Sequence record: PP355766.1
DNA length: 64,000 nt
Reading direction: 5' to 3' (one strand)
Shown here: piece after piece, positions 5,570 to 13,141 of the stretch
Position numbering within the stretch: the stretch's first letter is position 1
How the letters are laid out: each line of letters opens with the position of its first letter
Translations under genes and position numbers: made by a program
The notes under the pieces: model-generated
What the model saw: the letters and a program-made list of their open reading frames with translations, nothing else
Told to the model about the DNA's origin: nothing
Databases searched by the model: none

Positions 5570-6320
5570 GTATCTTTAAGAACTCTCGTGAAAGCTCTTA
5601 AAGATACCGCCAGTAGGTAGGGGCCTTCCCCTGTTTAAGCTATGCGGCCCTTCTGTCAGACGTATCTTCCAGTTATAGTCAAGGTGACTAATATACCTTG
5701 CCAGATCCCGGCCAACGGATATCCGTCGGCTAATGCGGTCTAGGCGAGGGCACACTCCAAACAGGGGCACTTCTAGCCTGTGTAAGGGTGCTATAAATAG
5801 TGGTTATGCTTTCGCTCGGGGTGACTCCGGTCATGACTCCATTGTCACATGCTTACACAGGGTATACGAGCTTCCGCGGAGCTGTATACTCAGCCGTGTC
5901 CCACTTAGGTCTCGGAGCGACCGTTTGTACGAACGGTTATCCGAATACTCTTTCCCACTTAGAGTCAGGCGAGATCCCACCTCGCCAAAGTTCATACGAT
6001 CATCATGCCGTATTTAAGGACTAGTTTTGGCACTTCTGGAGAGCCATCCTCCACGCGGTCTGTTAAAATCACACCTCCGAATTTTCGATGTGAAGTTCGG
6101 CTATCTCTAGCCATCCAGCGTATGGTCGCTTCGCACCTGCCACTCTTACGTTCAAATCGGTTTAGGCGGTGGCAGCCCTCCGAAGTTCCGAGTTTGGTTG
6201 AGGCCGTCAGGTTTCCTCGTGGTTTAGCTGTTTCGTTCCCGCGAGTCTCCTAAGTCTTTCCCTAGGAGGGGAGGAGGTACTCCAGCAGCGAGTGGTTCGC
6301 CAATAGAACCATCAGTTATC
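5570..6320 (-). ncRNA. candidate large multi-helix ncRNA (~700-750 nt)
   Basis: No credible ORF; more than ten helices including perfect 5777-5786/5852-5861 and 5628-5636/5759-5767; wobbles favour the minus strand. Confidence 0.65.
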
Positions 6321-6327
6321 TAGCTCT

Positions 6328-6413
6328 TTCCGACCGCAGGATTCGAACCTGCACTTTCCGCATCTGGGGATAGCTCCCCGCGTGCAGAAGTCTACCAATT
6401 AACTTAGGACGGC
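6328..6413 (-). ncRNA. tRNA-like element with anticodon arm replaced by an extended hairpin
   Basis: D arm AGUU-AAUUGGUA-GACU, T arm GCAGG-UUCGAAU-CCUGC, central UUCUGCA/UGCGGAA plus GGGGA-GCUA-UCCCC, no CCA. Confidence 0.7.
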
Positions 6414-6419
6414 AGTGTT

Positions 6420-6840
6420 GCTACATAAGTGATTTCGACACCCCACTATGGTGGCAATAACCAGCACCAGACGCTATACACATGTCTCCAATTTGCAGCC
6501 TAGGCAGGTCAGTGTGGGAGCTATACGAGTTTCTCAGGCTCAGCCCCCACCTCTCCGGCAGGCCACGCACCATGCTTCATTCTGGTCGAACAAGTTAAAG
6601 TGAGATTCCACCATTTTCTATAAATCAGGAGAAGAGTTTACGAGGCTACGGGACAGCTCCCGAGTTTTACAAGAGATCTCTAACCTACGCCCGTCCAATA
6701 CGCTCCCTGGCCGGTATCCGGACTGGATGCACGAACTTTGTTAGGTGATCACTCTTAACTCACCGATTCTATTCAACGAATCTTAATGCTCGACGAGTCT
6801 TACATTAAAACAAGTTCAGCGTAATCGGCCCGCTGTTCTC
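6420..6840 (-). ncRNA. candidate structured ncRNA (~400 nt) at the 5' end of the transcript
   Basis: Starts just after promoter 6857-6885; multibranch 5' domain and a long nested rod (6514-6522/6542-6550). Confidence 0.55.
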
Positions 6841-6856
6841 TCTAATTTATGAAACT

Positions 6857-6885
6857 ATTATATCAACTTTTTAAGCATTAGGCAA
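6857..6885 (-). promoter_or_regulatory. T5-type promoter driving the non-coding locus
   Basis: TTGCCT-17-TATAAT overlapping the hydrolase stop; not followed by an RBS/ORF. Confidence 0.8.
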
Positions 6886-7332
6886 CTGAGATTTTAATTT
6901 ATAGAACACATGGTTGCCAATTTTACTTGTTCTTTTGAAGTCCTTGTCTTTTGTCCAGTAAGGTTTAGTATCTTTACTGTGAAAGTACAAAGCTCCCTTC
7001 GTCGGATCTACTGGAAGATCCATATAGTAAACTAGTCTAGCTATCTCTTTAGCTTGTTTCCACTCTTCGTCTTTACGATCGAGTTTATGTTTCTTTTTAC
7101 CAACCCAGCTGAACTGCCCTGGTTGATAGACTACTTTACAATATGTGGACGGGAATTTTCCATAGTTAACACGATTTTTCGTTACTTGTGCAACTGCGGT
7201 CATTCCTTTAACTCCTTCCCCTCTAGCTTCAAAGTACGCATTTTTAGCTATGCACTCTATCTCATGCGCATCAATCTTTGCCTGCGCATGGAAACTAGTG
7301 AGGATGGAGATCATTAGAATGGCTGCTTTCAT
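6871..7332 (-). CDS. SleB/Hydrolase_2-type cell wall hydrolase with signal peptide
   Basis: YFEARGE, VAQVTKNRV, QFSW, GALYFH and IGNHVFY motifs. Confidence 0.9.
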   Translation of the reverse strand: MKAAILMISILTSFHAQAKIDAHEIECIAKNAYFEARGEGVKGMTAVAQVTKNRVNYGKFPSTYCKVVYQPGQFSWVGKKKHKLDRKDEEWKQAKEIARLVYYMDLPVDPTKGALYFHSKDTKPYWTKDKDFKRTSKIGNHVFYKLKSQLPNA

Positions 7333-7365
7333 TATTTCTCCTTTACTCTTTGATTCAAGAATAAT

Positions 7366-7395
7366 AGTATATCAAGAAATCAGCCATTTAGTCAA
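7366..7395 (-). promoter_or_regulatory. sigma70 promoter
   Basis: TTGACT-18-TATACT. Confidence 0.6.
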
Positions 7396-7396
7396 A

Positions 7397-8401
7397 TCAA
7401 ATTTTCAATTTCGATTCGATAGTTTTAATACAGTACGCTTCTACCAGGGCGTCAAACACCGGATCATGTTTCGACGGGTAGACTCCCTCAGGAATCAGGT
7501 TGTAACGCTCGATTACGTCATGTGCGTATACTTCAGCACAGCGTACCAATGCTTTCCAGTCTCCTCCGAGAGCCTCAAAATAGTCACGCGGGTTACGGGC
7601 GCTAGAAATATCCCAAAACTTCCACGGAACGATCGCAGGGTCAGATGGGGAGAAGATGTTAGCCTGAGCTGCCACTGTTTCGTAGATGGACATGTCGAAC
7701 TGCGGGCCATTACCATAGTGGCGCAGAGAACGAGTGTCAATGCCCTGCTCGTCGATAATACCTTCGATTACCTGTTTTGCCTCTACGAACGGGCAGATCA
7801 GATCCATGAACGTATGCTTGGATACAGGTGATTCATGGGTCGGATTGCAAACTAGAACGGTAGACTCACCGTCTTTAGCGTTCAGGGCTTCAATAATGGA
7901 CAGTGACGGGGCACTACCAGCACGGGCCTCATTCATCCAGAATGCAATAGTTCCGGCGGACACTTTAGCACCTAGGGCCAACTGCTGGGCCACATTAGGG
8001 GTGCCTAAAACGATATACGGGTCTAGCGACAGATCTTTCAGCAGTACAAAAGCGAAAGACGGCATAGCGATAAAGGTGCTCTTGCAGTCTCCCGGAGTTC
8101 CCAGAGATTCGATATCGCAAACAGAGATCCAGCGGTCTTGTAAGTTTTGCATATTGTTTCCTTTGTTATTAAAGTTGCTTCTAGATGTGCTACCACATTT
8201 AGAAGCCACCTCCGGTGGTGGCTTAGTCATATCTTCGGACACATCCCAGTTTTCTTCCATAGACGGCCAGTCAGCCGCCCAATCTTCGAGTTCTTCGTAG
8301 CACGAATCCATCAGTTCCCGGGAGTTGACCCTAGAGTAATCTAGGGCCGACTTATGTGTCGCTGCACGATTGAAATCGTTTTTAGCTACAAAATTTCGCA
8401 T
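7397..8401 (-). CDS. DEDDh 3'-5' exonuclease (domain starts at internal ATG 8152), in frame with an upstream ~83-aa ORF
   Basis: CDIES (ExoI), GNGPQFD (ExoII), HDPVFDA (ExoIII); AAGGA RBS before 8152. Confidence 0.8.
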   Translation of the reverse strand: MRNFVAKNDFNRAATHKSALDYSRVNSRELMDSCYEELEDWAADWPSMEENWDVSEDMTKPPPEVASKCGSTSRSNFNNKGNNMQNLQDRWISVCDIESLGTPGDCKSTFIAMPSFAFVLLKDLSLDPYIVLGTPNVAQQLALGAKVSAGTIAFWMNEARAGSAPSLSIIEALNAKDGESTVLVCNPTHESPVSKHTFMDLICPFVEAKQVIEGIIDEQGIDTRSLRHYGNGPQFDMSIYETVAAQANIFSPSDPAIVPWKFWDISSARNPRDYFEALGGDWKALVRCAEVYAHDVIERYNLIPEGVYPSKHDPVFDALVEAYCIKTIESKLKI

Positions 8402-8811
8402 TATGCCTTCTTAGCGGGTTTGCGTTTTTGATTACGAGGCTTGTTTGCCTTGCCCGTAAATTTAATACCTACGCCGTAGCACAGGGCGCGAACATTCTCA
8501 CGGCTGTACTCGCAGCCAAAGATATTCGGCTTGACGCTACCGAAACGGCCCTGGGTCTTGCGCAGGACTTCTTTGGTGTCCGCCTTATCCGGCGTACTCC
8601 AGCCAACGATCTTCGAGACGTAGCCAGAGGTAGAACCCTTAGTTACCGGCTTTTTACGACGCGGGGCCGGTTTGCTTACAGCTGATGCTGCTTGAGTATC
8701 AGCCGGATGTTTACGCAGATGACGCTCCAGACGTGCTTTGCGATTCTCTTCAGTTTTAGGAAAAGTTGCAACTTTGGTTTCTACTGCTTTTTTAGAGGTC
8801 TGCTTAGCCAT
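8401..8811 (-). CDS. highly basic hypothetical protein (136 aa)
   Basis: K/R-rich; AAAGGA RBS; downstream of promoter 8857-8885. Confidence 0.8.
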   Translation of the reverse strand: MAKQTSKKAVETKVATFPKTEENRKARLERHLRKHPADTQAASAVSKPAPRRKKPVTKGSTSGYVSKIVGWSTPDKADTKEVLRKTQGRFGSVKPNIFGCEYSRENVRALCYGVGIKFTGKANKPRNQKRKPAKKA

Positions 8812-8856
8812 GATTTATTTCCTTTGTTTTGATTGGTTTCGTTAATTTATGGATCT

Positions 8857-8885
8857 ATTATACGTTAATTTTTAGCGTTTAGCAA
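8857..8885 (-). promoter_or_regulatory. T5-type early promoter
   Basis: TTGCTA-17-TATAAT. Confidence 0.85.
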
Positions 8886-9215
8886 CTGCGTTTTTTCATT
8901 TTCATCTACAAGCTCATCGAAGATGATGTACTCGTACCTATTACCGCCCGATGTGCTTCGCTTGCTCTTCCGAGCTGATGTACTGGTACCCGCCTTTGTT
9001 GTACGCTGGTGCTGTACAGAGTTTCTTTCGCTCAATTTCTTTAAGAGCGGCTCGTTCTCTTTCAGCCATCTCAGGATCCAGGATTTCCCGTGCCTGCGGT
9101 CTTGGTGGTAGACGCGTAGAGGGTTCCCCGATTTTGACGCTTCCAGAAACGCGGCGTAGAGATCGAGCTGGTACTGTGGTACGTTTGGGAACAAATCCCT
9201 CAAATCTGGTGCCAT
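8865..9215 (-). CDS. hypothetical protein (116 aa) with RRHGKS and YIIFDE motifs
   Basis: TAATG-coupled to the ORF 9215-9376. Confidence 0.65.
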   Translation of the reverse strand: MAPDLRDLFPNVPQYQLDLYAAFLEASKSGNPLRVYHQDRRHGKSWILRWLKENEPLLKKLSERNSVQHQRTTKAGTSTSARKSKRSTSGGNRYEYIIFDELVDENEKTQLLNAKN

Positions 9216-9225
9216 TATAATTCAT
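8941..9225 (-). CDS. overlapping alternative-frame ORF (~94 aa) ending APAYNKGGYQYIS...
   Basis: GAGG RBS upstream of ATG 9225; C-terminal motif resembles small phage proteins (from recall). Confidence 0.45.
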   Translation of the reverse strand: MNYNGTRFEGFVPKRTTVPARSLRRVSGSVKIGEPSTRLPPRPQAREILDPEMAERERAALKEIERKKLCTAPAYNKGGYQYISSEEQAKHIGR

Positions 9226-9376
9226 CTCCACCCCTCAGAGCTTTCCACTCCGCTTCAAAGATTTGGGCTTCCATACGTGCGATTCGCAGTTTCATTACTA
9301 CTCGATCCACTCCAGGCTCCATCAGGAGCACTTCATATTTCATTTCGCTAACTAAGCGGCGTAAATTCTCTAACAT
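9215..9376 (-). CDS. hypothetical protein (53 aa, MLENLRRLVSEMK...)
   Basis: TGATG coupling with rnh and TAATG coupling downstream. Confidence 0.75.
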   Translation of the reverse strand: MLENLRRLVSEMKYEVLLMEPGVDRVVMKLRIARMEAQIFEAEWKALRGGDEL

Positions 9377-9858
9377 CACATATCCTCCATTTCTAGCTCG
9401 GTCATGCGAACATTTAGCAGGTTATCTGCGGCCTCATTACCTTCTACACCGGAGTGGCCCTTAACCTTAACGAAAGTTGGGATCTCATTATGGTTGAGAC
9501 GATACTTCTTGAGTTCGTCAATAATCCACTTCCACTGGTCTAAGTTCAGAGGTGTATCACCATCTGCCTTCTTCCAGCCTTTACGTTCCCAGCCCCAAAC
9601 CCAGGACTCACAACCATTCTTAACGTAGGTTGAGTCCAGATAGATTGTCATTGGTCGGCCAGGATTTTTGTTAGACCATAGCAGAGCCTCTAGGACTGCT
9701 TGAAGCTCCATCTCGTTGTTAGTTGTGTTGCGTTTGGGAGCAGACTTGGTTCCGATTTGCTCTTCGCTGGAGTTGTAAACTACCATAGCCCAAGCACCAA
9801 CATTGTCTACCCCACGGGTATTACCGCGGCAACCACCATCAGTATAAACATGAAACAT
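9376..9858 (-). CDS. rnh: ribonuclease HI
   Basis: YTDGGC, TNNEMEL, YLDS, VKGHSG..GNEAAD. Confidence 0.97.
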   Translation of the reverse strand: MFHVYTDGGCRGNTRGVDNVGAWAMVVYNSSEEQIGTKSAPKRNTTNNEMELQAVLEALLWSNKNPGRPMTIYLDSTYVKNGCESWVWGWERKGWKKADGDTPLNLDQWKWIIDELKKYRLNHNEIPTFVKVKGHSGVEGNEAADNLLNVRMTELEMEDM

Positions 9859-10133
9859 TATGCGTGCCCCCAGGAAATGGTAATTGATTCAGTATCACGT
9901 TGGTCAAACGGATGGTTTACTTTTACTTCATAGCCCGCGTCCTTTAGGTCTTCCATAATCTGAGACCGTGCGGCGATAGGCAGACCATTCAATGCGTAAG
10001 AATCTACTTCTGTTTTACCTGAGGAAGCTGATCCATCAATATTTGATATAATAGATCTGCGAGCTGCTATAACTGCCATATCGTTAGACCTTTTGGCTTT
10101 AGCTGCCATTGCTTTTGCATCAGTAAAAGACAT
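9858..10133 (-). CDS. hypothetical protein (91 aa)
   Basis: GAGGA RBS 7 nt before ATG 10133. Confidence 0.8.
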   Translation of the reverse strand: MSFTDAKAMAAKAKRSNDMAVIAARRSIISNIDGSASSGKTEVDSYALNGLPIAARSQIMEDLKDAGYEVKVNHPFDQRDTESITISWGHA

Positions 10134-10163
10134 ATTCATTTCCTCTCTCAAATTTATGAATCT

Positions 10164-10192
10164 ATTATATTAAAAATTCACGTGGTTTGCAA
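10164..10192 (-). promoter_or_regulatory. T5-type early promoter (PN25-like)
   Basis: TTGCAA-17-TATAAT then AGATTCATAAATTTGAGAGAGGA. Confidence 0.9.
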
Positions 10193-10207
10193 ATGAATTT
10201 TTAATAT

Positions 10208-10227
10208 AAGTGGCCCGAAGGCCACCT
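10208..10227 (-). terminator. UUCG hairpin terminator
   Basis: GUGGCC-UUCG-GGCCAC after the ORF stop. Confidence 0.6.
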
Positions 10228-10230
10228 TAG

Positions 10231-10464
10231 TTATAGTAATTTAGCTGGAGGAACTAGTAAATTACTGTTATAGTCCCGCTTGGCTGGAGGGTTTTCTTTA
10301 GGCGGTTTAGGGGCAAACTGACGCATTAGTGCGTCCATGCCCTTGTATTTTACCATCCCTAGGATAACATCTATGTGTAATCCCGAGGATTGAACCAGAA
10401 ACTTCAGCTGAGACTCCTCCCTTTCGGAGAAGGTTATTTTGGGGCGTCTGTTAAATAATCCCAT
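10231..10464 (-). CDS. hypothetical protein (77 aa)
   Basis: GAGG RBS following thyA. Confidence 0.75.
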   Translation of the reverse strand: MGLFNRRPKITFSEREESQLKFLVQSSGLHIDVILGMVKYKGMDALMRQFAPKPPKENPPAKRDYNSNLLVPPAKLL

Positions 10465-10470
10465 AAGTCC

Positions 10471-11325
10471 TCACGCAGTGAACGGATAAGCAATAGGGTC
10501 ATGAGACTTATAGCCCACGATTTTAAAGTCGTCCTTAGAAACCCAGGTGAGTACATCCTCTAGGGTTTTGATTTCCGGGTTGATCTCTAGACGAGGGGCC
10601 GGGAAAGGCTTGCGATCGAATTGGCCATGTTCCATGAGAACCTTGTACTGATTCTCGTAGATGTGCATATTTACTATACGTTGGTTTGCTCGGATTGCCC
10701 GGTTCCCGGTGATCTGGGCCATAAGCGCAAGAAACGTGTAGCATTGGACCATGTTAAAGGCTTGTCCCAGTAGGAAGTCATTGGATCTCTGGAAGGAGTC
10801 GAGATACAGATTTCCATTGAGTAGCGAGAACTGGTGGGTATGCATGCACGGTCGTAAGCATCCTTGATCAAATTCGCCAGGGTTCCAGAAGGTGAGAATC
10901 TCTCCGCGGTCATCAATGCCTCGTCGTAAATTCTCATAGATCTTATAGAGTTGGTCAAAGTGGGAACCATCCGGTCGAAGCCACGTTCTGCCCTGTACTC
11001 CATAGACTCTACCCATATCGTCGGTTCCCTTTCTGTTAGGGTTGACCAACCACGCCTCGTTTTCGTTGGCGTTAGCGTTCCACGTATTGCAGCCGATAGC
11101 ACGGAATTGCTCTGCGGAATCATATCCTCGCAGATATCCGATAAGTTCCATGATGGCCTGAAGAGCGTATGCTTTACGGGTCGTGATAAGTGGGAATTTC
11201 TTTCCGAGTACATCATATTCAAAGTTTGACCCTATTACGGTTAAACAACGAACCCCCGTTCGAGGGTTCTCCAGCCAGACACCTTCTTCGAGAATGCGTT
11301 TGCCTTCATTAATATAGTGAATCAC
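10471..11325 (-). CDS. thyA: thymidylate synthase
   Basis: [26 protein letters not shown]. Confidence 0.97.
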   Translation of the reverse strand: MIHYINEGKRILEEGVWLENPRTGVRCLTVIGSNFEYDVLGKKFPLITTRKAYALQAIMELIGYLRGYDSAEQFRAIGCNTWNANANENEAWLVNPNRKGTDDMGRVYGVQGRTWLRPDGSHFDQLYKIYENLRRGIDDRGEILTFWNPGEFDQGCLRPCMHTHQFSLLNGNLYLDSFQRSNDFLLGQAFNMVQCYTFLALMAQITGNRAIRANQRIVNMHIYENQYKVLMEHGQFDRKPFPAPRLEINPEIKTLEDVLTWVSKDDFKIVGYKSHDPIAYPFTA

Positions 11326-11885
11326 AGATAGACTCCTTCCATAACAAAACGATAGCGCTCATTTTCCCCTGAAGCTATATGAGTTACTACAGCATCCGGA
11401 GGAGTGGACGTAAGTATCGGGTGTTCCAGATACATGATGTGGTCTAGGCTTGGTACTGTACCGGCCTTAGGATAAATGGTGGAGCGATAAATCGCATCCA
11501 GACAGCCCATAGTTGCTAGGGTTTCTAGTAGAGCTTTCCCTCCTATGCAGACTACCTCAACTTCATTACAGAAGTCCCGAATTTTGGAACCCAAGTGGGT
11601 AATAAACCGCACATTACGAGGAGGGTTTTTTATCAGAATTGGAGATACCGAACCTACTACGTACACCATAGATTTTTTCTCCAGTGCCTTTTTCAGTCGA
11701 GGAGGGGCCGTTGTGTAGGTATTATGGCCAACGATAACAACCTGATAGGTATCCAGGATTTTGTAGAACTGCTCAAGCTCCTCGGGGATGGAGCCCCAGG
11801 GAAGTTCCCCGTAGGCATCCATCGTAACAGGATTAAAAGTACCGAAGGCGGCGTCTACTCTCATTGCGTATAAAGCGGTAATCAT
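11322..11885 (-). CDS. frd: dihydrofolate reductase (divergent)
   Basis: [20 protein letters not shown] and CIGG motifs; adjacent to thyA. Confidence 0.85.
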   Translation of the reverse strand: MITALYAMRVDAAFGTFNPVTMDAYGELPWGSIPEELEQFYKILDTYQVVIVGHNTYTTAPPRLKKALEKKSMVYVVGSVSPILIKNPPRNVRFITHLGSKIRDFCNEVEVVCIGGKALLETLATMGCLDAIYRSTIYPKAGTVPSLDHIMYLEHPILTSTPPDAVVTHIASGENERYRFVMEGVYL

Positions 11886-13045
11886 TACAGGAACTCTCCA
11901 AATTCATCAGACAGATCGTCCGGGTTAGCCTGAGAGGTTGCACCAACACGATAGTTGGTAATCTGTGCTTCTTGCGGAGCTACTTGCTGGTTCTTGGTGT
12001 TCAGCCAACCTTTCATCCAGCCAATCGGGTCTTCCATAATTACCGGGAGATCTTCCGGCCACGGAATGTTGATCGCCATAAATGCCAGGCGTGCGTTGTA
12101 GTACAGGTACTCTACCAGCAAATCGGCGTTCAGGCCTGGAATATCTTCGCCTTCCGGGAAAATATAATGCGCCCAGTTAATTTCTGTCTCCAGAATACTG
12201 CGCAGGATCTTCGGGGCGTTAGCCTGAGCTGCTGCCACTACATGTGGGGGAATTTCCCCATTTTGAAGAATACGGAGAACTTCCATAGCCATAACGGTAT
12301 GGAGTGCCTCATCTTTAGCGATCAGCTGTAAGTTCTTTGCAATACCGGTTAGGATATCGTTTTCTGCCAGAGCAAAGGTGCACGCAAACGACGCGTAGAA
12401 CATAATGGCTTCTAGAGCGTATACAGCGTAGTAGAACTCCAGAATCTTCTGCTGTACTTGTTCAGTAAGTGCTAAGAAGTCTGCCTCTTCGGTGTATTCC
12501 AGAGTACCTTCCTTCTCAGCGATTTCCAGATTGGCTCTAGCGTCCAGCCAAATGTCGGCAATTTCGGCCAACTCATCAATAACAGAAACCGGCAGTGCTA
12601 GACGTGCGAATGCTTCGTCGTTAGCCTGTACGGTTGCAATGAACTCACCCGGATTAGGGAGAACGTTACGAATAATGTTGGAATACGCACGGCTATGAAT
12701 ATTCTCAAAGTAGCTCCACTGAATAAGCATACCTTCCAGTTCAGGGCGAGATACCAGTTTCAGAATGGCATCTTCCGGAGCACGGGTGATAATGGAGTCG
12801 GCTTGGGTTTGCCAGGCTAAGTTCAGCAGGGTTTTGTTTTTAATATGTTGTGGCAGATTAGGCCATTGTTTCTTATCGGCTTCCAGGGAGATCTCAGTCT
12901 CAACCCAGAACTGCGAGCGTTGCAGTAATGCAAGTTCCTCTAAACGAGGATAGCGAACGTTTACATAGTCGGCGATTCCCAGGTCTTGGCCCAGGAATAG
13001 TTTAGACTCAGTGTGATCCCATTCGCGGTTAAATACTGTTGCCAT
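11885..13045 (-). CDS. nrdB: class Ia ribonucleotide reductase beta subunit
   Basis: ENIHSRAY, EAIMFYASF and DEALH diiron motifs. Confidence 0.97.
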   Translation of the reverse strand: MATVFNREWDHTESKLFLGQDLGIADYVNVRYPRLEELALLQRSQFWVETEISLEADKKQWPNLPQHIKNKTLLNLAWQTQADSIITRAPEDAILKLVSRPELEGMLIQWSYFENIHSRAYSNIIRNVLPNPGEFIATVQANDEAFARLALPVSVIDELAEIADIWLDARANLEIAEKEGTLEYTEEADFLALTEQVQQKILEFYYAVYALEAIMFYASFACTFALAENDILTGIAKNLQLIAKDEALHTVMAMEVLRILQNGEIPPHVVAAAQANAPKILRSILETEINWAHYIFPEGEDIPGLNADLLVEYLYYNARLAFMAINIPWPEDLPVIMEDPIGWMKGWLNTKNQQVAPQEAQITNYRVGATSQANPDDLSDEFGEFL

Positions 13046-13078
13046 TGTTTAATTTCCTCTCTCATTTAATATACGAAT

Positions 13079-13108
13079 ATTATAACAAAAAATCCAACCT
13101 ACTTGCAA
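13079..13108 (-). promoter_or_regulatory. promoter between nrdA and nrdB
   Basis: TTGCAA-18-TATAAT. Confidence 0.65.
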
Positions 13109-13141
13109 ATAAAATTTTGCTTTCAGTTGGATCGAGCTTAA

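Noticed and set aside
5620-6225. RNase P RNA resemblance (GAGGAAAC near the 5' end; ACAGAA...GCUUA near the 3' end of the large ncRNA)
   Set aside because: The P4 pairing (AAGUCCGGG with CCCGGCUU) cannot be formed and the spacing is wrong; likely coincidental, though cmscan should confirm
5576-6253. Short track ORFs (5576-5770, 5733-6017, 5800-6024, 6005-6253)
   Set aside because: Mutually overlapping, mostly antisense to local transcription, no RBS, with an Arg/Ser/Pro-rich composition typical of non-coding sequence
5570-6840. tmRNA or a group I/II intron as the identity of the non-coding locus
   Set aside because: No tmRNA termini or tag frame, no group II domain V, and no interrupted host gene recognised
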